A DNA stretch of 64,000 nt from NCBI GenBank assembly GCA_964582295.1, contig CAZOQP010000002.1, positions 82,268-146,267 on the forward strand, read 5' to 3'. The DNA is from an uncultured Candidatus Saccharibacteria bacterium. Its GTDB lineage: Bacteria > Patescibacteriota > Minisyncoccia > Phycocordibacterales > Zambryskibacteraceae. A model generated the notes under the pieces. The model was not told where the DNA came from, searched no databases, and worked only from the letters and a program-made list of their open reading frames with translations. The translations under genes and the position numbers were made by a program. Shown in pieces: positions 17,723 through 27,555 of this stretch; within the stretch, counting starts at the first letter, position 1; every line of letters begins with the position of its first letter.

Positions 17723-18679
17723 TCAACGTCCCAAATACTTTTCCCTATTAACCTGATGCTCTTCAAATGTCCTTGCATAATACATACGCCCCGCTTTGTC
17801 CGAAAGAAAATAAATGTAATTTGTTTTTGCTGGGTCCACAGCCGCTTTTATTGAATCAATCCCGGGGTTGCTGATAGGTGTAGGCGGTAGCCCTGCATAC
17901 CTGTAAGTGTTATATGGAGAATCTATTTTCAGGTCGTCCAACGTGAGTTCAAAAGTGCCTTTGCCGTTTATATAAGCGAACGCCGCATCCACCTGAAGAG
18001 GCAGTTTCATATCCAGACGCCGCCACAAAATACCCGCGACTATCGGCCGGTCCTCCGGGAATTTCGTCTCTAACTCCACCAGAGACGCCACGATGATTAT
18101 ATCTTTGAGAGTTCTGTTTGATTTTTCAATATCTTCTGAAAGCGGCTCCACTTTTCTTTCAAAATTGTCGGTCATCATTTTTATCACTTCCGTCTCATTC
18201 ATGGAGGGGCTGAAAAAATAAGTATCTGGAAAAAGATATCCTTCAGGCGCCGTTTTCATAAAATTATCTATGTTGAAGCGCGGAAGAGCGGTCAGCCGCA
18301 AAGCGATATCCTTTTTTGAAAAACCTTCAGGAATGGTAGTACGGATAGGAATCAGGGAAAATCTTCCGTCCACAATGCGAAGCGCCACAGTGCAGGGTCC
18401 GAGCGGATCCTCAAATTCATATATGCCGGCAACGGAAGCCCTGCTGCCCTCCGAGAGGAATGCGCAGGTTTTGAAAAGAAATGCAGACCTGATAATCCCT
18501 GACTTTTTGAGACCTTCCGCTATCTCGTTTAATCCTGCTCCGTTTCTGACCTCAAAAAACGCCGGATATGAAGAACGGGGCGGCGAAAAAGCAAAACCGA
18601 TAATCAAAAACAAAAATAAGGTCGCGACAACCGCGACCACGACCTTAAAGAGGCCTCGTTGTAAAAAGGGCAGAGACAT
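17723..18679 (-). CDS. mltG: endolytic murein transglycosylase MltG (YceG family)
   Basis: DSPYNTYRYAGLPPTPISNPGIDSIKAAVDPAKTNYIYF is the YceG signature. Confidence 0.85.
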   Translation of the reverse strand: MSLPFLQRGLFKVVVAVVATLFLFLIIGFAFSPPRSSYPAFFEVRNGAGLNEIAEGLKKSGIIRSAFLFKTCAFLSEGSRASVAGIYEFEDPLGPCTVALRIVDGRFSLIPIRTTIPEGFSKKDIALRLTALPRFNIDNFMKTAPEGYLFPDTYFFSPSMNETEVIKMMTDNFERKVEPLSEDIEKSNRTLKDIIIVASLVELETKFPEDRPIVAGILWRRLDMKLPLQVDAAFAYINGKGTFELTLDDLKIDSPYNTYRYAGLPPTPISNPGIDSIKAAVDPAKTNYIYFLSDKAGRMYYARTFEEHQVNREKYLGR

Positions 18680-19930
18680 TTATACGGGAAGATTGGCAGG
18701 AGCTTCGCTCTTGCGCGAGAGAACACGCTCAAATGTCGGGGTGGTAGAAACCTGACCCGGCAAGTGAAAAATAGTAGCCACTTCTTCTACCGTCAAAATG
18801 AATGGCTTGCCGTGAAAATTCTTGAAGGGAGGGTGGAAGAAAGCACGGCGCTTGTATGCCTCCAGGAGCTTGGCTTTGTTTTTATGTTCTTTTTTCTTTT
18901 TGAAATCCTGCCAGCGGTAATCATATGTAGGGCCCCAGTCCTTTTTAAATCCATTTAGTGTCTGCGAACTGTACTGACGGAAACATCCTATAAGTCCACC
19001 GTTGTTGGCAGAAGAATAAATGTCCTTGGGAGCAAAGTAAACGGTCCGGATCATGGTGTTGAAGGCATTCTTGGAAATACTTCTCTCTATAGCCATGATG
19101 GTATCTTTTTCTGCCGGCGAAAGTTTTGAATAATCTAGCCGCACTTTCTCATCACTTTTTTCTTCGGGTGCAAAAACACTTTCTTTGATTATTTTCCTTA
19201 TCTCCGTCTTGGCTGCCTTTTTCCAATCTTCCTTTTTTACGAATATCCTTCCTTCTTTTGCTCCCTCCTCTTTGTGCGCCTCAACCAGTATCTGCACCCA
19301 TGCCTGCTCCTGCGGTTTAAGACTGCCCAGGAATTCCAAGATAGGGGTGATAGGGTCTATTTTAAATTCTTCTTTCGGGTCTTTGTCCAAACCGTAATCA
19401 ATATAAGTTTTTATAGGGTAAGCATCTACTTTCGTAAGAGTTAATTGTGCACCATTCAATGTCATTACTTCCGGGTCGTAATTAATAGGTAGTGCGTAAT
19501 CAGGAACCTCAAATATCTCTACTCCGGGATACTGCGAATAAAGCTGGGCCTCTATAAGATTTCTTTGTGATGTGGGTGTCCATATGAAAAATTTCACATT
19601 GCCACCGAGCGATACTATTTCAAGAGAGAACCATGGCCTCGTTTTGCCTTTAATAAAAACTTCCGTGAATGTACCGGAGCTTTTTTCAACCAGAGCATTG
19701 AGAAAAACTTCCATAGCCACAGGAGATTTGCTGACTTCTTTCGGAACACGGACTTCAAGGAGCACTGGGTTCATTCCAGTTATAAATTTAGTCCTCACAT
19801 ATTTCATCCAAATCGTATAAAAAAGGGAGCCGAGAAAAACAGGCACCCAGATAGTCCATAGGTCGCCGAGCACTAAAAGCGACTCCCATATGCGGATGAA
19901 AAATGTTTTTTGTACAAACAGATCAAGCAT
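18680..19930 (-). CDS. hypothetical membrane protein
   Basis: Two N-terminal TM helices. No identifiable family from motifs. Confidence 0.45.
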   Translation of the reverse strand: MLDLFVQKTFFIRIWESLLVLGDLWTIWVPVFLGSLFYTIWMKYVRTKFITGMNPVLLEVRVPKEVSKSPVAMEVFLNALVEKSSGTFTEVFIKGKTRPWFSLEIVSLGGNVKFFIWTPTSQRNLIEAQLYSQYPGVEIFEVPDYALPINYDPEVMTLNGAQLTLTKVDAYPIKTYIDYGLDKDPKEEFKIDPITPILEFLGSLKPQEQAWVQILVEAHKEEGAKEGRIFVKKEDWKKAAKTEIRKIIKESVFAPEEKSDEKVRLDYSKLSPAEKDTIMAIERSISKNAFNTMIRTVYFAPKDIYSSANNGGLIGCFRQYSSQTLNGFKKDWGPTYDYRWQDFKKKKEHKNKAKLLEAYKRRAFFHPPFKNFHGKPFILTVEEVATIFHLPGQVSTTPTFERVLSRKSEAPANLPV

Positions 19931-19950
19931 CTTTTATATTGTACCTCAAA

Positions 19951-19975
19951 AATAAAACCCCTTTAAAGGGGTTTT
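19951..19975 (-). terminator. hairpin aaaacccctTTAAAggggtttt after the HARE-HTH gene
   Basis: Perfect 9-bp stem flanked by A/T runs. Lies between the 19981 stop and the 19930 start. Confidence 0.4.
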
Positions 19976-19980
19976 ATTTT

Positions 19981-21045
19981 TTATTCCTTAACTACAAAAT
20001 GGTATTTTCCTTCCTTGTCCTTTTTGAAAAGCTTGGGGTTCTGAAGGTTCACTAAAATAGTGTTCTCTTTCACATAGCGTTCCTTGAGAACTTTTTCTAT
20101 GATCTTGTCCTTATGCATCGGGCCGTTCTTTTCAATGATATTCACAATGACATCCTTCACCACTCCCGGCATGTATCCCCATTCACGAAGAGCATATAGA
20201 CCGCGACCAACCAGAACAAAACGTGCGTCCTTTATAAGCTCGTTGTGGGTAGTCGCTACATGAGCGCGCTTGTTGAAATAGGTGGTGATGGCCTTGGCAA
20301 CATCACGGAAATGGATAGGAGAACCGTGTTTGCGGATAACAAGATATGCGTAATCGCGGATACCCTTGGCTTTCACATTCGCAGAAGTGGTTTTACCCCA
20401 TTCACCGAGAGGATTCTTCCCTATCTTGTGGGAAACATTGAGCCAGCGTCTGATAACTTCTTCGTTCTTGTATTCATCTGAAACTTCCTTCACGTATTCC
20501 AGGAAATTCTTCACGAGTTCCGATTCAGGCACGAGTTCATTATCATCAAGAGAAGAATAAAGTTTCTCCAAAGCTCCATGAACGGCCTTAGCCAGATTTT
20601 TGTCCACATGCCAGCGCTGTTTGAACTGCTCATCCTCTTTTTCTTTTGTGAACTGCTCGCCCAAAACCAAAAGAAAATGAATGTGATTGGAAGTTGAATC
20701 ATCCGCACCAAATTCCTCCATGAGGTCTTCATGCGTCACAACGCCACCTAGAGTTTTTACCGCGGCCTTCAATTCATCAAAAGCTGCCGTCTCTTTTGAG
20801 TATTCTTTTGATTTGCGGATATTCTGAAGCGCATAAGCATCTATCTGTCGAACTCTTTCGCGAGTGATTCCATATTTATTGCCGATAGCTTCAAGCGTCA
20901 TGGGCTTGGTCTCGGGTCCCAGGCCATAGCGGCGAGTCATTATATCTCTTGCCCTTACAGGAAGAACGGAAAGCAACCTCTTCACCACTTGTTTTGGCTT
21001 GAAGGAGAGCTTTACTTTTGCCTTCTTTGGGCTGGTTTTCTTCAT
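19981..21045 (-). CDS. sigma-70 region-4 domain + HARE-HTH domain protein
   Basis: N-terminal RRYGLGPETKPMTLEAIGNKYGITRERVRQIDAYALQNIRK is sigma region 4. C-terminal PIHFRDVAKAI...DARFVLVGRGLYALREWGY is the HARE-HTH motif. Confidence 0.6.
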   Translation of the reverse strand: MKKTSPKKAKVKLSFKPKQVVKRLLSVLPVRARDIMTRRYGLGPETKPMTLEAIGNKYGITRERVRQIDAYALQNIRKSKEYSKETAAFDELKAAVKTLGGVVTHEDLMEEFGADDSTSNHIHFLLVLGEQFTKEKEDEQFKQRWHVDKNLAKAVHGALEKLYSSLDDNELVPESELVKNFLEYVKEVSDEYKNEEVIRRWLNVSHKIGKNPLGEWGKTTSANVKAKGIRDYAYLVIRKHGSPIHFRDVAKAITTYFNKRAHVATTHNELIKDARFVLVGRGLYALREWGYMPGVVKDVIVNIIEKNGPMHKDKIIEKVLKERYVKENTILVNLQNPKLFKKDKEGKYHFVVKE

Positions 21046-21123
21046 AATGGCTTAATTTGTCCTACAAGTTCTATCACTATGGGTAAATAAAGTCAAGCAA
21101 CCCCCAAATTGTGGATATTTATC

Positions 21124-23961
21124 CTACTCAATAACGATGCTCGCCACCTTCCCGGGTACGTATATGAAGCGTTTAAAGGGGCCTGTAAGGAACTTTTTAA
21201 GGTTTAGGGAATTTTCTATTGCCTTTCTCACGTCATCTTCCGAAGCATTCGCAGCAACTTCCACCACTCCCCTTGTTTTGCCGTTTATCTGCACAGCCAC
21301 TTTCGCTAAAACATCTTCCGCGACACTTTCCGCCTGCGGCCACTCTGCTTCACTCGCTAATCCTTCACCTCCGCTCTTTTCCCACAGTTCTTCCGCTATA
21401 TGAGGTGCAAAGGGAGCAAGAAGAGAAATAAAACGCTTAAAATCTTTTTGGGAAATATTCTTCTCCTTTTCCCACGTGTTCACAAGGATCATAAGTTGGG
21501 AAATGGCAGTATTGAAACTCATGCTTTCAATATCCCGCGAAACTTTCTCTATTGTTTTTTCAAGAATAGATGTGTCTGTAAGCGGAACAGGGGTATCACT
21601 AACTTTCTCTGCAAGGGCATACACTCGCTCCAAAAAACGTCGCGGTCCTACAATGGAATCCACGGACCAAGAAACCGCTTGTTCAAAGGGACCGATGAAC
21701 ATTTCTGCTATGCGCAAAGTGTCTGCCCCGTGCTTTTTAACTATCTCATCCGGGTTTATGACATTCCCCCTCGATTTAGACATCTTCTCGCCGCCTTCAG
21801 CCAAAATAAGGCCGTGGGAGGTACGTTTCTTGTATGGCTCATGTCCCAGAACCAGTCCCTCGTCAAATAAAAATTTGTGCCAGAAACGGGAATATAAAAG
21901 ATGAAGTGTTGTGTGTTCCATTCCACCGTTATACCAATCAACAGGCAACCACTTTTCAAGTGCTTCTTTGGAAGCAAATACTTTTCCATTATGAGGGTCG
22001 CAATAACGATAAAAATACCAGCTGGAACCAGCCCAGTTTGGCATCACATCTGTTTCTCTTTTAGCCTTACCTCCGCATTGCGGGCACTTCACATTCACCC
22101 ATTTATCAATTGCCGCGAGCGGTGATTCACCGGTATCTGTCGGCTGATAATTTTTTACTTTAGGCAGTTCAACGGGAAGATCTTTTTCTGGCACTGGAAC
22201 AACCCCGCATTTTTCACAGTGAATGACAGGTATCGGCTCACCCCAGTATCTCTGCCTGCTGAATATCCAGTCACGGAGTTTGAATGTGGTCTTTTTTTCT
22301 CCGCCGACAAATTTTATGATCTCGTCTTTTACATCAATTGAATTCCCACCATTGAATTTATCTGAATTCACAAGAACTCCGGCTTTTGTATATGCTCCAT
22401 TTTTGGAATTCATTTTAATACCCCATTCCCCCACTTCTGCGTGAGTCATGACATTGTAATTCAGCTCTGATTTATTGAGCCAAATTATGTCGTGATTATT
22501 TTTTTCCTCTTCGTTCAATTCTACCTGCTCATGATCAATGAGGTCGAAAACCACCGCCCTTGTAAAAGCCACCCTGTTTTGATCTTTATGCGCGGCAAAA
22601 TATTCTGCCCTCACTGTCCCCTCGAGAACTTTTATAAGTTTCAAATTAATAAAACCTGTTTCCTCCCGCACTTCTCTTTTTGCTGCCTCCACGATATCTT
22701 CACCATCCTCCACACCTCCCATTGGAAATGTAGTCCACGGAAAATTTCGCCACTTTATTGCAAGATATTTTCCGGTTTTCGGATCTCTGACTATCGGGTG
22801 AACATTTTTTCTTTCTACTACTGTTTTTCCTGAAACTGGCGGATTCTTTTCATCAATGATATTCGGCACGATCACCTCCTTTATCGGCAGATCGTATTTC
22901 TTTGCAAATTCAAAATCCCTTTCATCGTGCGCCGGCACGGCCATGATGGCGCCTGTGCCGTAATGAGGCAGAACATAATCAGCTATCCATATTTGGATTT
23001 CTTCTTTGGTGGCCGGATTTACCGCTTTGATCCCTTTTAGCTCTACTCCAGTTTTCTCTTTCCCCTCCGCAGTCCTGTCAATTTCTGTCCTGTTTTTAGT
23101 TTGTACGATATATCGTACAACTTCCTCCTTGTTCTCTATTTTTTCCTGCAATTCTTGCACCATTGGGTGTTCTGGAGCCAACACAAGATAAGTGGCACCG
23201 AAAATAGTATCCGGCCGCGTTGTGAAGATCTTCAAACTTCCTAAATTATCAACTTCAAAATTTATCTCCGCTCCTTCAGACTTCCCTATCCAATTCCTCT
23301 GCTGGGTTTTTACACGTTCCGGATAATCAACGTCATCCAAGTCTTTATCTAAACGTTCTGCATATTTAGTGATGGCAAGCATCCACTGCTCTTTCTCCCG
23401 CTTCTCCACCGGCGTACCACAGCGTTCACATTTTCCGTCAACTACTTCCTCGTTTGCGAGGCCTATTTTATCTTTCGGGCACCAGTTGATAGTAGCTTTG
23501 GCTTTGTATGCCAAACCTTTCTTTAAAAATTGCAGGAATATCCACTGCGTCCATTTGTAGTATTTAGGATCGGTGGTATTTATTTCCCGCGACCAATCAA
23601 ACGACATACCAAGCGATTTGAATTGTTCACGAAAATTATCGGTATTTTGTTTTGTGATAACTCGCGGGTCTTTTCCAGTTTTCAAAGCAAAATTTTCAGT
23701 AGGCAAACCGAATGCATCCCAACCTATCGGATACAGCACGTTGTACCCTTCCATCTGCCTCTTGCGAGTGATGATATCCATGGCTGTATAACCACGCACG
23801 TGGCCAGCGTGGAGCCCGTCCCCAGAAGGATAAGGAAACTCCATTAGGGAATAATATTTCGGTTTATCTGTTTTTTCTTTCGCCTCAAAAATACCGGATT
23901 TTTCCCAGCGTTTCTGCCATTTCTTTTCTATTTTTGAATGGTCGTACTTACTCATAACCAA
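21124..23961 (-). CDS. leuS: leucyl-tRNA synthetase with an inserted Nudix hydrolase domain
   Basis: HAGHVRGY (HIGH), KMSKS, and the editing domain. An extra ~150 aa between LPIKEVIVP and GVLVNSDKFNGG contains the Nudix box GGVEDGEDIVEAAKREVREETGF. Confidence 0.95.
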   Translation of the reverse strand: MVMSKYDHSKIEKKWQKRWEKSGIFEAKEKTDKPKYYSLMEFPYPSGDGLHAGHVRGYTAMDIITRKRQMEGYNVLYPIGWDAFGLPTENFALKTGKDPRVITKQNTDNFREQFKSLGMSFDWSREINTTDPKYYKWTQWIFLQFLKKGLAYKAKATINWCPKDKIGLANEEVVDGKCERCGTPVEKREKEQWMLAITKYAERLDKDLDDVDYPERVKTQQRNWIGKSEGAEINFEVDNLGSLKIFTTRPDTIFGATYLVLAPEHPMVQELQEKIENKEEVVRYIVQTKNRTEIDRTAEGKEKTGVELKGIKAVNPATKEEIQIWIADYVLPHYGTGAIMAVPAHDERDFEFAKKYDLPIKEVIVPNIIDEKNPPVSGKTVVERKNVHPIVRDPKTGKYLAIKWRNFPWTTFPMGGVEDGEDIVEAAKREVREETGFINLKLIKVLEGTVRAEYFAAHKDQNRVAFTRAVVFDLIDHEQVELNEEEKNNHDIIWLNKSELNYNVMTHAEVGEWGIKMNSKNGAYTKAGVLVNSDKFNGGNSIDVKDEIIKFVGGEKKTTFKLRDWIFSRQRYWGEPIPVIHCEKCGVVPVPEKDLPVELPKVKNYQPTDTGESPLAAIDKWVNVKCPQCGGKAKRETDVMPNWAGSSWYFYRYCDPHNGKVFASKEALEKWLPVDWYNGGMEHTTLHLLYSRFWHKFLFDEGLVLGHEPYKKRTSHGLILAEGGEKMSKSRGNVINPDEIVKKHGADTLRIAEMFIGPFEQAVSWSVDSIVGPRRFLERVYALAEKVSDTPVPLTDTSILEKTIEKVSRDIESMSFNTAISQLMILVNTWEKEKNISQKDFKRFISLLAPFAPHIAEELWEKSGGEGLASEAEWPQAESVAEDVLAKVAVQINGKTRGVVEVAANASEDDVRKAIENSLNLKKFLTGPFKRFIYVPGKVASIVIE

Positions 23962-24017
23962 AATATACTATATTTCTGCCTCTATACCTTAACTTATGAG
24001 TAAGTAACGAACGAAAT

Positions 24018-24557
24018 TTAATCTTTGAATTTCCTCATTGCCACCCACACCAAAAGCACAAGTGCGATGGCCAGAATGACAACTTTCAGTAAGTTATTCG
24101 CAGATGTCCAATAGCGCATGCTTGCGATAATGAAGGAGAGTACACCGGCAAGAGAAAGTGCCTGGCCGAGAAGCATATTTCCCTTAAAGAAGTTCCCGAC
24201 GGCAAGAGTGGCAGCGCCGAGAAGCACCAGTGTTACGAATACATTTCTGTCATAAGCTTTGCGTGCAGTTTCATAATCAGTGGCACATTTGAACTGCGGG
24301 TTGCAATACCCTTTCACCATATCTCTCACCTCGCTTGCGGGTATCGGCTTTCCGTAATAAGCGTTTTCATTCCACTGTCCGCCAACAGCCACACACTGCT
24401 CACGAGTAGTTATAGCTTCATTCACCTGGCTCACAGGGCAATATGCCTCATACATTGGCTCTTTATAAATAAGAGACAAAGCGTAATTAAAGAAAAGGTT
24501 GAGTACGATAACGATTCCCGCCACAAGCGCCCACTTGGTGATATTTGATTGGTTCAT
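24018..24557 (-). CDS. hypothetical membrane protein
   Basis: TM helices at both termini and a Cys-containing middle region. Start taken at the internal Met MNQSNITKW. Confidence 0.45.
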   Translation of the reverse strand: MNQSNITKWALVAGIVIVLNLFFNYALSLIYKEPMYEAYCPVSQVNEAITTREQCVAVGGQWNENAYYGKPIPASEVRDMVKGYCNPQFKCATDYETARKAYDRNVFVTLVLLGAATLAVGNFFKGNMLLGQALSLAGVLSFIIASMRYWTSANNLLKVVILAIALVLLVWVAMRKFKD

Positions 24558-24600
24558 GATATGTATATTATACGACGAATTCCGGGGGTGTCTTTTACCT

Positions 24601-25611
24601 TTATATCCTAAACTCAATCACATCCCCATCCTGCACGATATATTCTTTTCCTTCTGTTCTCACCCATCCTTTTTCACGAGCGACAGCATAACTGCCGGCT
24701 TCTAAAAGATTATCGCAAGCCACCACCTCGGCACGGATGAATTTATCTTTGAAATCCGTGTGAATGGCAGTTCCAGCGATGGGAGCCGTTGAGCCGCGTT
24801 CTATAGTCCACGCACGAGTTTCATCTTCGCCTGTAGTAAAAAAAGTAATGAGATCAAGCAGGGCGTAGCTTTCTTTTATTAAACTATCCAAGCCCGTTCC
24901 AAAAACAGGGTCCACTTTCACAAAACGGCCAGGGATACTTGCCGCTATTTCATCCGCCACATTCTCCCCTGCTTCCGATGTATTCAGAATATAAAGAATT
25001 GGCTTCATGGTGAGAAGATGCATTCCTTGGACGATTTTCTTTTCTTCATCTGTTAGCCGCAAAGTATTTGCCATCTCTCCTTTCTTCAAAACCTCCGCCA
25101 CTTTACGAAGTACGGCTTCTTCTGCTATTGCTTCTTTGTTCCCCGCTTTCACATCACGTGCGAGATTACCTAATCGCTTTGTTACGGTTTCATCATCAGC
25201 CAACACCAACTCAAGATTGATAACACCGATATCTGAAAGTGGTTCCACTTTTCCGGCAACATGAATAATGTCGTCATCTTTAAAAGTGCGCACCATTTCA
25301 GCAATAGCATCCACCTCACGAATGTTCTGAAGAAATTTATTTCCGAGCCCCTCCCCTTCCGATGCACCTTTCACAAGTCCTGCGATATCCACGAATTCAA
25401 CGACCGCCGGAATTGTTTTAGGAGATTTGCTTAACTCCGTGAGTTTCCCCAAGCGTTCATCCGGTACCGGCACAATGCCCACAGATGGATCAATAGTACA
25501 AAAAGGATAATTCTCCGCTGGCACGCTCTTTTTCGTAAGTGTATTAAAAAGCGTGGACTTCCCCACATTCGGTAGGCCGACTATTCCGATGCTTAGAGCA
25601 GAATAAGACAT
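24601..25611 (-). CDS. ychF: ribosome-binding ATPase YchF (Obg-like)
   Basis: IGIVGLPNVGKSTLFNTLT P-loop and the C-terminal TGS-like IVQDGDVIEFRI. Confidence 0.9.
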   Translation of the reverse strand: MSYSALSIGIVGLPNVGKSTLFNTLTKKSVPAENYPFCTIDPSVGIVPVPDERLGKLTELSKSPKTIPAVVEFVDIAGLVKGASEGEGLGNKFLQNIREVDAIAEMVRTFKDDDIIHVAGKVEPLSDIGVINLELVLADDETVTKRLGNLARDVKAGNKEAIAEEAVLRKVAEVLKKGEMANTLRLTDEEKKIVQGMHLLTMKPILYILNTSEAGENVADEIAASIPGRFVKVDPVFGTGLDSLIKESYALLDLITFFTTGEDETRAWTIERGSTAPIAGTAIHTDFKDKFIRAEVVACDNLLEAGSYAVAREKGWVRTEGKEYIVQDGDVIEFRI

Positions 25612-27190
25612 TGCCTACGCGACTAACTGGTATGTTTCCATATACTTTTAATTCTTTTTGGTTTCCTACAATTCTATCAATCGTGTTCAATACTATCTCC
25701 CGTTTAAGCCCGAAATTCAAGTCCTTAAACACTTCACTCGCCTCTTTAGTAAATTCTTCGATCTCTGACTTATTAGGAATACCGAGAGAATTACTGTGGT
25801 TTCTCTCCTCTTTAGCTTTAGCCATTTGGGTCTCTACAGCTTCAATTCTCTCTCTTAGAGGGACCGTGTAATCCTTAAGCTGCTCGAGAGTAAACACCCC
25901 AGCACCATAAGCCTTGTTATATCTTTCTTCCTGCTCTTTGAGCTTCCTGACTTCTTTTTCAAGATCCTTAATATCAACCGAGGAACTTTCCGACTTCGAC
26001 TGCTGACCATTAAGCCAACCTTCGGCTTGTTTTAGTAAAAGTTCAGGCGAACTCATCAGCCCAGCTATTTTCTGCCACACGAGTTTGTCAGCTACCTTGG
26101 CACTCAAGCCCCCTTCAACACATTGGGTCGGAAGAGGAAATTGTTTGATCCTGTCATTACATCGGTAGTAAAGATAACGTCCACTTTTAGGACCACATCC
26201 GCATCTCCTAGATCCACAAGTGCACCACATCTTATTAGCCAGAAGAAATTCGTTCTTCCTGTTTCTTTTTGCTAAAGCAAAATTGGCTTCAAGTTGTCTA
26301 CGGGTGCGATCAAATAAATCTTTATCAATGATCGCTGAAATGGGAATGATATACCACTCGGCTTCTGGCCTATCTTTCCTACTAGTCTTTTTCTGCTTTT
26401 TATATTTTTGCTCTTTGTAAGGGTTCTCCGGCACTACAGCATAAGACTTGCCCCAATGTGCTTCTCCTATATATCCCTTGTGGCGAAGCATAGTAGTAAG
26501 AGTGCTTGTTGCCCACACGCCCTTCTTGCTCTTCCTAGGTTTTATTTTCATCTCCATCAACCTTTTCACCACACCCCGCATTGTCATACCTTCATCGGCT
26601 ATCCATTTGAAAATCATTCTGACGACTCTCGCCTCTTCTTCATTGATTTCGTAATAGCCGTGGACCTTCTCGTTCTTGCGAACATAGGTATATCCATACA
26701 AAGCTTCGGTAGTAAGGATATGACCTTCTTTTACTTTTCTTAATTTACCCAGCCTAAAACGCTCAGATATTTTTGCCCTCTCGTATTGAGCGAACAGACC
26801 CTTTACTCCGTGCAAAATCCTATCTTCATCATTTTTTGGAGCAGGAGTGGTTACAAATATCACTTCGATATTTGCTTCTCTGAGTTCATCCATTACCAGC
26901 TCTTGATATGAATACCTACGAGCAAGCCTGTCTGGATCATAGACCAGAACCGCTTCCCACATCTTACTTTTGGCATCTACACGAAGCTGGTCCAAGTCCG
27001 GCCTGGCCAAGCTATCGCCACTCCAACCATCATCTTTATATTCTTTGACTATCGTATAGCCATTCTTTTGAGCAAACTCTTTAACCGCGGCAATCTGAGT
27101 CTGAATAGTCTGATTTTCCTCCTGGTTGGAAGTTGATACTCTGTAATAAGTTGCGATCAGCTTTTTGATTTGTGGAGTGGATGGGTTCAT
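25544..27190 (-). CDS. large serine recombinase (integrase)
   Basis: N-terminal resolvase domain YYRVSTSNQ...LVYDPDRLAR, a recombinase domain, and a C-terminal Cys-rich/coiled-coil region. Confidence 0.85.
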   Translation of the reverse strand: MNPSTPQIKKLIATYYRVSTSNQEENQTIQTQIAAVKEFAQKNGYTIVKEYKDDGWSGDSLARPDLDQLRVDAKSKMWEAVLVYDPDRLARRYSYQELVMDELREANIEVIFVTTPAPKNDEDRILHGVKGLFAQYERAKISERFRLGKLRKVKEGHILTTEALYGYTYVRKNEKVHGYYEINEEEARVVRMIFKWIADEGMTMRGVVKRLMEMKIKPRKSKKGVWATSTLTTMLRHKGYIGEAHWGKSYAVVPENPYKEQKYKKQKKTSRKDRPEAEWYIIPISAIIDKDLFDRTRRQLEANFALAKRNRKNEFLLANKMWCTCGSRRCGCGPKSGRYLYYRCNDRIKQFPLPTQCVEGGLSAKVADKLVWQKIAGLMSSPELLLKQAEGWLNGQQSKSESSSVDIKDLEKEVRKLKEQEERYNKAYGAGVFTLEQLKDYTVPLRERIEAVETQMAKAKEERNHSNSLGIPNKSEIEEFTKEASEVFKDLNFGLKREIVLNTIDRIVGNQKELKVYGNIPVSRVGNVLFCSKHRNSRPTECGEVHAF

Positions 27191-27375
27191 TTTTTATTTC
27201 TATGCTTATCGAGAAATTTTTTGACCTCCTCTTTTGGGATACGCCACATCGCGGTTTTCCCAGTGCCAAGCTTATAACCCTTGAGAATGCCGCGATTAAG
27301 CCAGCGGTCTACTGTTCGAGAATTAACTCTTAGACTTTTTGCCACCTCGTCATTTGTTAAAAATTCCATAATCAT
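27187..27375 (-). CDS. excisionase-family HTH DNA-binding protein
   Basis: LTNDEVAKSLRVNSRTVDRWLNRGILKGYKLG...WRIPKEEVKKFL is an excisionase/MerR-like HTH. Overlaps the recombinase start by 4 nt. Confidence 0.65.
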   Translation of the reverse strand: MIMEFLTNDEVAKSLRVNSRTVDRWLNRGILKGYKLGTGKTAMWRIPKEEVKKFLDKHRNKK

Positions 27376-27555
27376 ATTATATACCTAGTTGTTCAAAGAT
27401 GCCTTAGTGGCTGTTGATAACCTCCTTCGCCTCATTACTTCTTCAAAAAGCACGGCGAATGCTTTATCGAGATTCCGCTCTCCGCCTTCTACTTGAACAT
27501 ATACAATTTCAGGAGTTGGAAGATGCTTATTTTTCTTCGACGGAGTTTTCATAAA

